A stretch of DNA of 49,072 nucleotides from Chiloscyllium plagiosum (lineage: Eukaryota): contig NC_057720.1 in NCBI RefSeq assembly GCF_004010195.1, positions 14,842,006-14,891,077 of the forward strand, written 5' to 3'. Shown piece after piece: positions 36,525-48,707 of the stretch; the stretch's first letter is position 1, and every line of letters begins with the position of its first letter. Both the position numbers and the translations under genes were made by a program. Below the pieces are notes generated by a model. That model was not told the origin of the DNA, did not search any database, and worked only from the letters and a program-made list of their open reading frames with translations.

Positions 36525-38050
36525 AATATTTCAAATAATATTACTTATTTTTATCACTCTTGTATCTCATTCCTAAACACCCTTTTCTTTAACTTCAGTT
36601 TGTTTTCAAACTTGGATGCCTGCATTTATACTGAAACTTTAAGCCATTTCCTTTCACTTGTAGTTGTATAAACTTCCACAACTTTATCGACAGTGCCAGG
36701 CACTAGTTTAATTTTCCACCTCAATTCAGCATCTGAATAACACCTGATTGGAAATAGCGAGCTGCCAACATTAAATGGACATCACTCTGCCATGGGGAGG
36801 GGGCTAGAGCAATCTAAGCCTTTTCTGACCATGAGCTAGCCATGTGGTGAAATCTCTGGGGTCAAAAGGGTCCACAGGGTTGAGATGAGATGATGGTCCT
36901 CTGAGATGAGGAGACATTTCTTCACCCAGGGAGAGATCAAAGAGTATGTGGAGGGGTGGGGGGGAAGCAGGAATAGGGTACTGAGTTGGATGGTCAGCCA
37001 TGATTACACTGAATGATGGGCTGAATGGCCTCCTCCCTTTTCCATCTTCCATGTTTCCAAGTTGTGGTGGTGCAGAGAGAGAGGAGGATTGGTAAAGCTG
37101 AGGGAAGTGCAGTGAAGGTCTGCTTTCAGCAGCATCAACAGAAAACCATCTCCTTTTCATGGCTCCATAGTTGTAAAGATCCATGGGTGTCTGTTCGAGC
37201 ACTCGTGGTTCTGAGAATGGGTCGCTGTCTGGTGCGAAAAGGTTGAACCTTCTTGACCCTACAACCAGTGAGGAAAACTGATCTCCACATTAAAGGGATT
37301 TCAGTCCTGTCTCAGGCTGCTCACTAGGCTAACTTAAACATTACATTAGGTGGGCCTGAGCTGTTGCTAGGGTGACCAGCATCTTTTGGTGCAGTGGTAA
37401 TTCACTGCTTCTGAGGCAGGAGGTCTGGGTTCAAGTCCCATTTGCTATAGAGGTCTGTAATATCAGCTTTGAGCAGTTTGATGAAAAATATCTGTCATTT
37501 AAAGGACAAGTGTACAGGGTGGCTGACAGATTTTTGAAAGCTTTAAAACGGAACTGAGGTCTATACATCCTTAGTTTGAAAAAAGTCATGTGGATTATCC
37601 TTAAACCTGCAGAGATTAGCGAAGGGTTTAATTGGGGCCTTAGGTCTGTCTGACTCAACTATATGACCAGAGAAACTTACTGAGTCATCAAAAGAGTTTT
37701 ATTTCTGTTTGCTTAGTGCAAGTGGGAGTTTGAATCACAGGATGTTTATGACAATTAATTTGTTTACTGCATAATGGACTTTGGTTTGGCACATGTTTAA
37801 TAATTTTTGGATTTCACCAGTTGTGGATTTATAACCTCTCAAATTTGGTTGCATTTTAGTGCTGTTTCCTTAGAGATATATTTGTAAAAATAAATCTCCG
37901 TTTAGTGTCAGGATAAAGAGGGGAAGAGAGAGATTAGTGTTTGCGTAAATTAAACTAAATGTTTTATTGTTTTATTGCAAGAAGACCTTTTCTTAAGCCG
38001 AGTTTGAATGCCAATGATAGCATTGCTGTGATGATCACCATCTGGGTGAT

Positions 38051-38244
38051 CAGATCAACGTAAGGACATTTCATGACTTCCCCTATCCCTTTCTTCATGA
38101 CCCATCCTGACCACTCATATGATTAGATTAGATTAGATTACTTACAGTGTGGAAACAGGCCCTTCGGCCCAACAGATCAACGTAAGGACATTTCATGACT
38201 TCCCCTATCCCTTTCTTCATGACCCATCCTGACCACTCATATGA
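38051..38244. repeat. 72-bp direct repeat flanking a 50-bp HE1 3' stub
   Basis: 38051-38122 equals 38173-38244; the insert is (ttaga)n-cttacagtgtggaaacaggcccttcggcccaa. Confidence 0.93.
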
Positions 38245-40001
38245 AAGGCTTTGTACAGTTTACTTCCAACCCTTTGATGCTCAGTGTCCAAAACAAATCT
38301 GTCTCAGTGCAGGCTACTGAGGTGATACGGGAAGGGGAAATGTGGTTACGGCTCCAAGCCAGTGCTCAATGTAGATTGCTTTAAAATCCAAATCAAACAA
38401 GAGGGCGTAGTACACAGTAAGATCATGTCAGGGGAGTGAATATTAACAAGCTGCATGAGCCATAACGCAGAATTGGGGAGAGCCTGTCTGAGACATTACA
38501 TGCTCAGGTCTCAATTCTATTATTGATTTAACATCACTGTGCCATAGATATTTTCGAATCACACAGTTCAGATATAATATTACACACCTCTGGAATTAGA
38601 TAGGTCCTGAACTCAGACCTCCTGGCCCAGAGGTAGGGACACTATCACTGCACCACAAGAGCACCATCACCGTGACATTCATGGAATGGGCTCAGCTGAA
38701 TTTCTGCAGTGTAATTGGACACTAATTTCTCAGGGTTGTCTTTATTCCTATCAAAACTGTAATTTGACCGATGAAGGGAGAACCTAAGCACAAGTCCTAT
38801 TCAACTGCTTTCTCTATGCCAAAAAACTGCGTAAATCTAGAGCACAAGCTGTTGTTTTTATGGCCGGAAAAGTGCACTCAACAGCTGAAAGATTGAGTTG
38901 GAAGTTTGAGATTCCAGGCTGGCACTTCTTGTTTCATTGTGGTAGGTTGCACCAGGAGCTAGAACACAGTTTCATTTCATCTGCTTCATTTTACAGTTTC
39001 ATTAAAGATATTTCCAAGTTAATTAGAACCTAATCAAACTGCACGGTCTGAAGCATTCGCATAAGCACTACCCATTTATGTGGTCTAATCACGAAAGCTC
39101 TGAACCTATCCCTTGCCCAAAGGGATCCCTTCCTGTGCAAAGAGGAAAGGATTAGAAAGGATTTGAGAGTGATTATAAATGTTAGAAGTTAATACATTGC
39201 TGGTAGAAGATTCATTTTCTTAATAATGTAGGCTTGGAGTAATTGTAGCTTTTACTCAATATTAGCATCGTTTTCACAAGAAATGGAATGTGTGATGTTC
39301 TCTGTTTTATGCCAATGTGCTTTCTGGCGTTCTTTATTTTCATTTCTATCAATATGACTTAATGTAAGAAACAAAGCTTCTCTCAGAATTTTGGGTTAAA
39401 GACTCAGTACAGCCTGTTTCAGAACACCGTTCATAGTCTACTTGTGTATGTTGCCATTGAGGGAGGCAGCACACAGACATGGAGACTTGGCACACCAGCC
39501 TCCTGAATTACCTGATCACAGTGTTGTTCTGGGCTGGCTTGTGATATCAGGAGGCCAAGCAGCCAACTCTGAGAGCACATGACATCACCTGGCTTATTTT
39601 CTTAAAGGCACTCTGCCCCTCTTAAAGGGGCATTGTGCTCAGTTGAAGGGTGCTGGTGCTGATACTGTAATTACAATTGCTGCATGTAGCAGATACTCAG
39701 ACCTCAGGGAGGAGAGAGAGAGAGACCTTTGGTTCATATACTTAGTGCAAAGTCACAATGATACTCTGTATTAAGACAACTTTGTGCTGGGCAGCTGAGC
39801 ACTAAAAGATTGGAGTTGCATTGTGCAAGTCATGAACCTGGACAGAAGCGAGGCAATATTTTATCTTAGTGATTTTTTAAATATTGATTCATGTCACTGG
39901 CCAAGCCAACTTCTATTGCCCATCTGTAGTTGCCCAGGGCGTGGTAAATAGTGAACCACATTGTTGTGGGTTCAAACCATGAGGGACAGTGGGTTTTTTT
40001 C

Positions 40002-40243
40002 GATTAGATTAGATTACTTACAGTGTGGAAACAGGACCTTCGGCCCAACAAGTCCACACCGACCCGCCGAAGCGCAACCCACCCAGACCCATTCCCCTAC
40101 ATTTACCCCTTCACCTAACACTACAGGCAATTTAGCATGGCCAATTCACCTAACCTGCACGTTTTTGGACTGTGGGAGGAAACCGGAGCACCCGGAGAAA
40201 ACCCACGCAGACACGGGGAGAATGTGCAAACTCCACACAGTCA
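40002..40243 (-). mobile_element. HE1 SINE, 5'-truncated, young
   Basis: Closely similar to 15017-15260. Confidence 0.92.
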
Positions 40244-40775
40244 GGGTCTGTTTGGAGGTGGCGGAAATGACGGAGGATGATACGATGTATCCGGAGGTTG
40301 GTGGGGTGGAAGGTGACGACCAGTGGGGTTCTGCCCTGGTGGCGATTGGAGGGGCAGGGTTCAAGGGCGGAGGTCCGGGAAGTGGAGGAGATGCGGTGGA
40401 GAGCATCGTCAACCACGTCTGAGGGGAAATTGCGGTCTTTGAAGAAGGAGGCCATTTGGGTTGTTCGGTAGTGGAATTGGTCCTCCTGGGAGCAGATGCT
40501 GCGGAGGCAATCGCCCCTCCAATTGCCACCAGGACAGAACCCCACTGGTCCTCACCTTCCACCCCACCAACCTCCGGACACATCTTATCATCCTCCATCA
40601 TTTCTGCCACCTCCAAACAGACCCTACCACCAGGGGTATATTTCCCTCCCCACCCCTATCAGCGTTCCGGAGAGACCACTCCCTCCGCGACTCCCTCGTC
40701 AGGTCCACACCCCCCACCAACCCAACCTCCACTCCCGGCACCTTCCCCTGCAACCGCAAGAAGTGCAAAACTTGT

Positions 40776-41138
40776 NNNNNNNNNNNNNNNNNNNNNNNNN
40801 NNNNNNNNNNNNNNNNNNNNNNNNNNNNNNNNNNNNNNNNNNNNNNNNNNNNNNNNNNNNNNNNNNNNNNNNNNNNNNNNNNNNNNNNNNNNNNNNNNNN
40901 NNNNNNNNNNNNNNNNNNNNNNNNNNNNNNNNNNNNNNNNNNNNNNNNNNNNNNNNNNNNNNNNNNNNNNNNNNNNNNNNNNNNNNNNNNNNNNNNNNNN
41001 NNNNNNNNNNNNNNNNNNNNNNNNNNNNNNNNNNNNNNNNNNNNNNNNNNNNNNNNNNNNNNNNNNNNNNNNNNNNNNNNNNNNNNNNNNNNNNNNNNNN
41101 NNNNNNNNNNNNNNNNNNNNNNNNNNNNNNNNNNNNNN
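40776..41138. other. Assembly gap (363 N)
   Basis: Run of N; falls where the PLE GIY-YIG domain is expected. Confidence 1.
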
Positions 41139-41160
41139 AGCTCGCTTGGCACACCAGCCT

Positions 41161-41198
41161 CATTCCTGAAGAAGGGCTTATGCCCGAAACATCGATTC
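41161..41198 (+). ncRNA. Minimal hammerhead motif (family A)
   Basis: AUUC-CUGAAGA-A-GGGC/UUAU/GCCC-GAAAC-AUC-GAUUC (GUC to AUC, consistent with CpG decay). Confidence 0.7.
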
Positions 41199-41379
41199 TC
41201 CTGATCCTCGGATGCTGCCTGGCCTGCTGTGTTTTTCCAGCACCACACTTTTCAACTCTGGTCTCCAGCATCTGCAGTCCTCACTTTCTCCTAAATGCCA
41301 CCATCAGCCAACATGGGATTCAAGATCAATCCGGGAAAGGACATTGGAGTAGGTGATCAACAAGAATATAAGAGCTGGA

Positions 41380-41550
41380 CAAACAAAACCGAAGAACTGT
41401 GGATGCTGGAAGCAAAAAAACTGAAATTGGTGGAGAAACTTAGCAGGTCATCTTGGAAGGGTCACTGGACCCAGAACACCATCTCTGCTTTCTCTCCACA
41501 GGTGCTGCCAGACCTGCTGAGTTTCACCAACTATTTCTGTTTTTGTTTAA
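41380..41550. mobile_element. Old fold-back pLTR
   Basis: gaaattggtggagaaacttagcaggtc is inverted to gacctgctgagtttcaccaactatttc. Confidence 0.6.
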
Positions 41551-42482
41551 CGTAAGAACTGGGATGAGATTTCCCTTAATGTAAATTGATCAGTTGTAGA
41601 ATAAGGGAGATTTACTGGTGTTGGTTAATAGACGAAGAAAACCACAGTTGATTTGGTGATTGGAAAGTTCAGTTGTAAGTGAGAATACATAGAAGAAGAA
41701 ATAAACAATGATATTTAGGATATTTAGTCTCTTCAGCTTATCCCACCATTCTCGGAGATCACAGCAGACCTGTTACCTCTCCTCTTACACCTGCCATTGC
41801 TGCAAACCCCTTCATAAAATCTATCGAGTTCAGTTTTAAAATTAACAACTGATCTTTGTGGAAAGGGTCACAAACCTGAAAAACACTCTGTGAGAAGAAT
41901 GTTTTTTTTTCTAATTTTAACCCTTTAAGGCCTGGCTCGTTTTCTTTGTCCCCAGACAATGAAAATGATTTCTCTCCACTTAGCCCAGCTGTTTTGTTTA
42001 GCATCTTGAAATCTCAATCAAATTAGCCCTTAACCTTCTAATTTCCAAGTAGTACAACACTAGTTTGCTTAATCTGTTGTGACAAACCTGTTCCTTTGAC
42101 AAGGTTAGATTGTCCTTGGTTTTTTTCCAGAGAGGTTCGAAACAGCTCTAAAGTTTCATCATGTCTGGAGTTTGAAAAGTTCATTAGGGCCTTTTAGTTT
42201 ACTCCTAATAGATAATGCCTCCAGCCTAAGGCTTTCATATCTTAAAAAAAAAACTGTATAATCAATGGGGAATGGCCAGCTAGCTGTGTAACCAGCCTTC
42301 ATTTAGTGTAGAGTTTTGATGTGTGAAAAGCCTGCTGAACTCTCTCTTCTGGCTTGAAACCTGCAAGCGTTTTGTGTCATTTTTAATCTTTGTGCTAAGA
42401 GGTCTGTTTACGGGGACTGTTACAGCATTATTAAGTCGGGATCGTCTGTTGGGTTTGGGACACTTGACTCAACAGTCCTGCT

Positions 42483-42693
42483 AGGAGAAAGTGAGGACTG
42501 CAGATGCTGGAGATCAGAGGTGAAAAATGTGTTGCTGGAAAAGCGCAGCAGGTCAGGCAGCATCAAAGGAGCAGGAGAATCGACGTTTCGGGCATAAGCC
42601 CTTCTCCTGAAGAAGGGCTTATGCCCGAAACATCGATTCTCCTGCTCCTTTGATGCTGCCTGACCTGCTGCGCTTTTCCAGCAACACATTTTT
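42483..42693. mobile_element. Mini fold-back pLTR (family A), near-perfect ~90-bp arms, hammerhead at 42607-42634
   Basis: 13-bp TSD tcaacagtcctgc; centre gcccttct|cctgaagaagggc. Confidence 0.92.
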
Positions 42694-43641
42694 CAACAGT
42701 CCTGCCTCAACCTACAGGACCTGAAAACTTCAGTTTTCACTGCAGGGCGATGGGCTGGAATCTAGTCAGGTCCACTCACTTCAGAAACAAATCCTCAGTG
42801 ATCAGTGAGCAGGAAGTGCTTAGGCTGACTAGATTTGATGTTCCACTTCAATTCTCTGGAAATTAATTTCAGTTGTTTTAGAAACAGTTAGGTCTTCTAA
42901 CCTTCACACCTCTTCAATCCCAACCCTATGTTACCCCTATAACCTGTCCATGCCAAGTCAGGTACCCACACACATCCCATGTTCTATCATATCCCATACT
43001 GCCTCTACAGCTACTCATGGAGTATCCAATTTAAGCTTACCTCAAGAGACATGTCAAAACGAGAAAAGCTTCTCACAATTTGACACAATTCTCAGTATTA
43101 TACTCTTGGTATTGAAAAGCTCCCTTTTGTTTAACCCAAACAGATCAGTTTAACTTCAAATGATTGATCTTATAAAAGCAAACTTCCATTACACGGCCAC
43201 ACCAAAGACAGCTAATCCTTTAATAGCCTCTTTAAATTGTCAATTAAAATATGAACTTAGAATGACCTGCTCAGCCAATTGTAGCTTTTGGAACCCAGTG
43301 AACCCATTTGTAATGTCATAGGAATGGCCCTTGGAAAACCATTAACAAACACCTCTATTACAATGGAATCACCGATAGTAATGTTTTTCCCATGTAAACC
43401 AAATGACCTGTCAGTCAAAGCAATAGAGCAGGACCTTTTTTAAACCCTCATTGGCAGCTTCATCCTGTTTTTATCATGTTTAAAGAGTAGGAGAGTAACC
43501 ATCTGAAGCTAATGAAGCTTAACCAGAGATTACTTACCCTGCAGAATATTTAAGTGTTACTCAAGCAATTTGTGACTCCCAGAGTGTGGGTCAAAGCCCT
43601 GGCTAAAGTGGGATCTGCTTGAATTCAGCATGATGTTAAAG

Positions 43642-43938
43642 TAGATTAGATTACTTACAGTGGGGAAACAGGCCCTTCGGCCCAACAACTCCACACCGAT
43701 CCTCCGAAGAGCAACCCACCCAGACCCATTCCCTTACATTTACCCCTTCACCTAACACTATGGGCAATTTTGCATGGCCAATTCATCTAGCCTGCACATC
43801 TTTGGACTGTGGGAGGAAACCCACCAGACACTGGGAGAATATGCAAACTCCACACAGACAGTTACCCGAGGCTGGAATTGAACTTGGGACCCTGTTGCTG
43901 TGAGGCAGCAGTGCTAACCACTGAGCCACTGTGCCACC
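43642..43938 (-). mobile_element. HE1 SINE
   Basis: Tail, V-domain and head present. Confidence 0.9.
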
Positions 43939-44979
43939 TTGGTGAATTTAGATTTCTCACCTGTGTGAATCAAACTCTGTTCCCAATCACTACAGGCAAA
44001 CTTTAATAAATGGTGGTGGCTCCACACTGGGTCCCTACTGCAATTTTGAAAGACCCATGGAGTCTGTCTGACTAATAAACTCCAGCCCTATTTGTTCCTT
44101 ACTTGTCTCATTCCACTTGGCCAATTTCCTAACCAGGTCAATAATTTGTCTTCAATTCTATGACCTCCAATTTTAGCTAACAGGCTCATTTGACAAACTT
44201 TATCAAGTGGCTTTTGAACTTTATATAAATAACATAAGCAGTCCCTAAGGATGTTATAATTATTCAAGAAATTGAATGATCTCACATATGTGGCCAAGGT
44301 CAGTAACGCATCTTAGAGAGACCTCAGAGATATCACATCACCCAACTTACATGGTGCTGTTGTATGTAAATTACCACAAGCTATCTTTAATTTGGCTACT
44401 TAATCAGAAATCTCACAGGCAATCAAGTACTGAAACAGGTTACTTCAACTTTATTGCATGTCGTAACCAAAACTCCTCATTGTAAGCAGCTAAGCCTTAC
44501 AATGCAACCTTGCTATTACCTTATTAATGGTGGAATTTTACTATGATTCTAACAGCGTCAATCTCTGGATGTCCACAGTTCAATCTTTATGTAGTGTGGT
44601 TCTCTGGATTAATGCTTTAAGCATCCTGAGGCTGAATTCTTACAGGATTTTCTGTAGTGTCGCTTTTGATGTGACATTATCAATGTTTATCCCTAACACT
44701 GATTACACTTTTGGAGATATCAGGTCTGTAGCTTGCCTTCTTATCAGGAATAGCTTCCCTATTCCTTGTTACTTTCAGGTGTAAAGTGTCTGTTCTTTCC
44801 CAGGAAGCAGCATGTTTATCCATCTTCCCAAGGATGGTCAATTTCTCCTTTTTGTCTCAGGTCAAGCTTATTCCAGAAAGAGTTATTGCTGATACTTTCA
44901 ATCCCAGAAAAGTTATTAAAGTTTTGAACTTTACAGTATCTGCTCAATGCACTACAATACTCAGTTCAAAGATCAGGAC

Positions 44980-45730
44980 TTAGAGTCATAGAGACTTACA
45001 GCATGGAAACAGACCCTTCGGTCCAACTTGTCCATGCCAACCAGATATCCCAACCCAATCTAGTCCCACCTGCCAGCACCTGCCCATACCTCTCCAAACC
45101 CTTCCTATTCATATATCCATCCAAATGCCTTTTAAATATTGCAATTGTACCAGCCTCCACTACTTCCTCTGGCAGCTTATTCCATACACACACCAGTCTC
45201 TGAGTGAAAAAGTTGCCCCTTATTGTCTCTTTTATATCTTTTCCTCTCACCCTAAACCTATACCCTTTTGTTCTAGACTCCCCCACCCCAGGGAAAACAC
45301 TTTGCCTATTTACCCAATCCATGCCCCTCATGATTTTATAAACCTCTGTAAGGTCACGCCTTGGCCTCCGATGCTCCAGGGAAACAGCCTGTTCAACCTC
45401 TCCCCAGAGCTCAATTCCTCCAACCCTTCTCGTAAATCTTTTCTGATCCCTTTCAACTTTCACAATATTCTTCCAATTAGAAGGAGACCAGAATTGCACG
45501 CAATATTCCAACAGTGGCCTAACCAACATATTGTACAGCTGCAACATGACCTCCCAACTCCTGTACTCAATACTCTGACCAACAAGGGAAAGCATACCAA
45601 AACGCCTTCTTCACTATCCTATCTACTTGCGACTCTACTTTCAAGGAACTATGAACCTACACTCCAAGGCCTTTGTTCAACAACACTTCCTTGGACCTTA
45701 CCATTAAGTCCTGCTAAGATTTGCTTTTCC
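44980..45730 (-). mobile_element. HER1/CR1 LINE 3' part
   Basis: LYNMLVRPLLEYCVQFWSP...GNFFTQRLVCVWNKLPEEVVEAG; ctatgactct tail. Confidence 0.93.
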
Positions 45731-45774
45731 TTGGAGCTGAAAAGAAACTTGCATTGGGAGGAGGGTGATCATAA

Positions 45775-45988
45775 AGTTAAACTTCCCATTGTTCTACTGG
45801 ACAATAGGGCTTTTCTCTTAATAGAGAGAGAGATGACTGGTGGGGGTAAAACCTGAGGGTCACCATGCTTCAGGTGAGTGGAAAGACTGAGAAAGAGACA
45901 CTTTATGGTAACCTCAGCCAGTGCAGGTATTGAACCAATGCTGTTGGCATCACTGTGCATCGCAAACCAAGTGGGCTAACTGACCCCC
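45775..45988 (-). mobile_element. tRNA-derived SINE (additional family)
   Basis: Reverse complement head ggggtcagttagccc...ggttcaatacc (B box), body ggtgaccctcaggtt...ccagtcatctctctct. Confidence 0.6.
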
Positions 45989-46042
45989 TTCTGTGGTCAA
46001 AGGTACCAATGACATAAGTAGATTAAGGTTCTGCAAATAGTG

Positions 46043-46347
46043 TGATTAGATTCCCTACAGTGTGGAAACAGCCTCTTCGGCCCAACCAGTCCACACCGAC
46101 CCTCTGAAGAGTAACCCACCCAGACCCATTTCCCTCTGACTAACGCACCTAACACTGCGGGCAATTTAGCACGGTCAATTCACCTGGCCTGCACATCTTT
46201 GGGAGGAAACCATAGCACCCGGAGGCAACCCACACAGACACGGGGAGAATGTGCAAGCTCCACACAGACAGTCACCTGAGGCTGGAATTGAACCTGGGAC
46301 CCTAGTGCTGTGAGGCAGCAGTGCTAACCACTGAGCCACCATGCTGT
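46043..46347 (-). mobile_element. HE1 SINE
   Basis: Tail, V-domain and head present. Confidence 0.9.
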
Positions 46348-46992
46348 CTAAGGAGAGAGGTTCCAAGCATATATAGTTTCTGGATTATTGCATGAGTATG
46401 TGCAAATTGTTATTGAGTAAATAAATAGAGAGATGAATACATAGCTCAAAGACCAGTGTGGGAGAACTGGGTTCTGGATCAGGGGTTGCTGGCACCAGTA
46501 CTGGGAAAACTGGGGACTGTACCACTGGGAAAGTCTACGCTTGAACTCCTCTGGGGCTAGTGTTCTTGTGCATGGCATAACGAGGAAAATAGACAGTAAG
46601 TAGTAATGGCAAGGGATCAAACATGGAATTGGCATATCAAAGGTACGATGGGAAAATAATAATATGGGAAATAAGAGTCAGAGGATAGCAGAAAGGGGCA
46701 AAGATTAAAACAAACACCAACAATCAAGAATAGATCTTATAAATAATACAAAATTCAAAACAAATGGTCTGTGTCTGAATGCATGAAGCATTCATTTATT
46801 TTTAAAAATTGATCATGCACATTGGAGTAAATAAATATAAGCGTATAGCCATTACAGAGACATGGCTTTCGAAAGGTAAGGGCTGTGTCTTGAGTATTGA
46901 TGGGTATATATATTCAAGAAAAATAGGAGGCAAGGTAAAGGTGGAGGGTAGTACTGTTAACCAAAGCGAGTGTTTATTTGATAGTTACAGAT

Positions 46993-47310
46993 GGGGTGGC
47001 ACGGTGGCTCAGTGGTTAGCACTGCTGCCTCACAGTACCAGGAACACAGTTAGATTCCACCCTGAGGCAACTGTCTGTGTGGAGTTTGCATGTTCTCCCT
47101 CTGTCTGTGTGGGTTTCCAACCCACAGTCCAAAGATATGCAGGTTACTTGGAGTGGTCATGCTAAATTGCCCGTAGTGTCCAGGGATAAATGGGCTTGCC
47201 ATGGGAAATTCAAGAATGAGATGGGGTGGGTCTGAGTGGGATGCCCTTTGGAGGGCCAGGGTGCACTCGATGGGCCAAATGGCATGCTTCCATGCTGCAG
47301 GGATTCGATG
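46993..47310 (+). mobile_element. HE1 SINE
   Basis: ggggtggcacggtggctcagtggttagcactgctgcctcacag head. Confidence 0.9.
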
Positions 47311-48396
47311 ATCTTGGTTAAGGAGATCAGGATGTAGAATTGGTTTGGATGGAGATGAAAAGTAAGGACTAGAAGTCAGTAACAGGAGTGATCTATAGGT
47401 TCCCCCAGCACTAGCCAGATTGTGGGACAAAGTATAAAGAGAAAAATATTGGATGCTAGTGATAAAGAGATGGAAATATTCATGGGTGACTTTATTCTCC
47501 ACATAAAATGGAAAAATCAGATTAGTAGCAAAAGCCACAAATAAGGAGTTCACAGATTGCTTTTGAGATAATTTCTTAGAACAGCATATTTCAGAAGTGA
47601 CCAGACAGCAGGTCACATGAGGCTTGGCATTGCGTAATCTGACAGGAATGGTTAATGACCTCAAAATGTAGTTGTAGTAACCACAACTGATTGAATATTA
47701 CATCAATTTTGAAAGGGAGAAGTTTGGGTCTAAGACTAGCATTTTAAACCTAAATAAAGGAAACTACATAGGCAGGAAAGCTGAGCTATCTAAAATGAAC
47801 TGGTATCTAGGTTAAGGGACAGATATAGTTGCAGACATTTAAGGGGATACTTCAGAATAATCAGAATAATTATATACCTACTATAAAGAGAAGTTCTAAA
47901 GGAAGAGCCCACTATCCATGGTTAACCATAGGAATAAAAACATATAAACTAGTAAACATAAGCTGCAAGTCAGATGATTGCTTGGAAAATAAGGAACAGC
48001 AAGGTTAGAAATTAGAGCATGTAAGAGGAATGCAATGTAAAAATGGATAGCAAGAATGTCCACCAATATTTAAAAAGCAAAAGAGTAAACAAAGTCAACG
48101 TTTTTCTCACAAGGAGTGAGAGTTGGGAGTTAATCATCAATAATAAAGAAATGGAGGATGAATGAACAAATATTTTGCTTCTAGCTTCACTACAAGGATA
48201 CAAAGAGGAACATTCCGGTAATTGCTGTGCATAAGGAGATAAAAGAGAGAGAGAAACACAATCTGAGCAAGTGTCTGGGTCCTGTTGCTTGATGTCTGTC
48301 ATGCGATAGCTGCTTGACTAGATCATAAGGAGATGAGAGATGCTCAATAAGAAAACCTCATGGTAATCAGGAAGAGTCAGCATGCTTTCATCAAAC

Positions 48397-48629
48397 CGAA
48401 ATAACTCTTCAGAGACCAATATCCCATCACCAACATGCTTTATTTACAAATGCATAGTCTTTGACAATAGCCCTGCCTCTCACTAAGTCAGGCATTCCTC
48501 GGCCCAATATCCCTGGCATTCACCCTCCTATGCCAGCCAGGGTTCCCTGATTGGATCAGATCAACAGCCACATTCAGGGTACTCATATTCTATGTGATTC
48601 AACTGGCTGACCTTGTTACAATCACAACA
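48397..48629 (-). mobile_element. Solo LTR inserted in the CR1 RT
   Basis: Reverse complement TGttgtgattgtaac...ccaat...AATAAA...ttatttcg; interrupts SQHAFIK / TNLLEFFE; homologue at 12350. Confidence 0.7.
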
Positions 48630-48707
48630 AAAGAGACATAATTTTCAACCAATTTATTGGAATTCTTTGAAGGAGTAACAGGCGCTGTGGATAAAGGGGA
48701 GCCTGCA

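Larger units (their letters stand above)
40243..41292 (+). mobile_element. Young Penelope-like element (probably Neptune-type) with inverted 5' segment; likely source family of pLTR A
   Basis: Minus arm: LRSICSQEDQF...MASFFKDRNFP...RTPLVVTFHP. Plus arm: RTPLVLTFHP...PLSAFRRDHSLRDSLVRS...PCNRKKCKTC, then the gap, then a hammerhead and pLTR ending ctcactttctcct. Confidence 0.88.
46440..48706 (+). mobile_element. Old CR1 LINE (end of ORF1, APE endonuclease, start of RT), heavily decayed
   Basis: CLNA*SI, IAITETWL, IMGDF-like catgggtgacttt, KSQHAFIK, TNLLEFFEGVT.AVDKGEP.D. Confidence 0.75.

Noticed and set aside
40456..41356. Long ORFs of 190-286 aa
   Set aside because: Their length is an artefact of translating through the N gap.
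13090..42693. CRISPR array, or classical MITE interpretation of the recurring repeats
   Set aside because: The DNA is eukaryotic and the copies are dispersed with no spacers. Arms are asymmetric and match PLE pLTRs, and the TSDs are long and variable.
44527..44983. Consecutive short ORFs with acceptor-like sites
   Set aside because: No homology recognised and no consistent exon structure.
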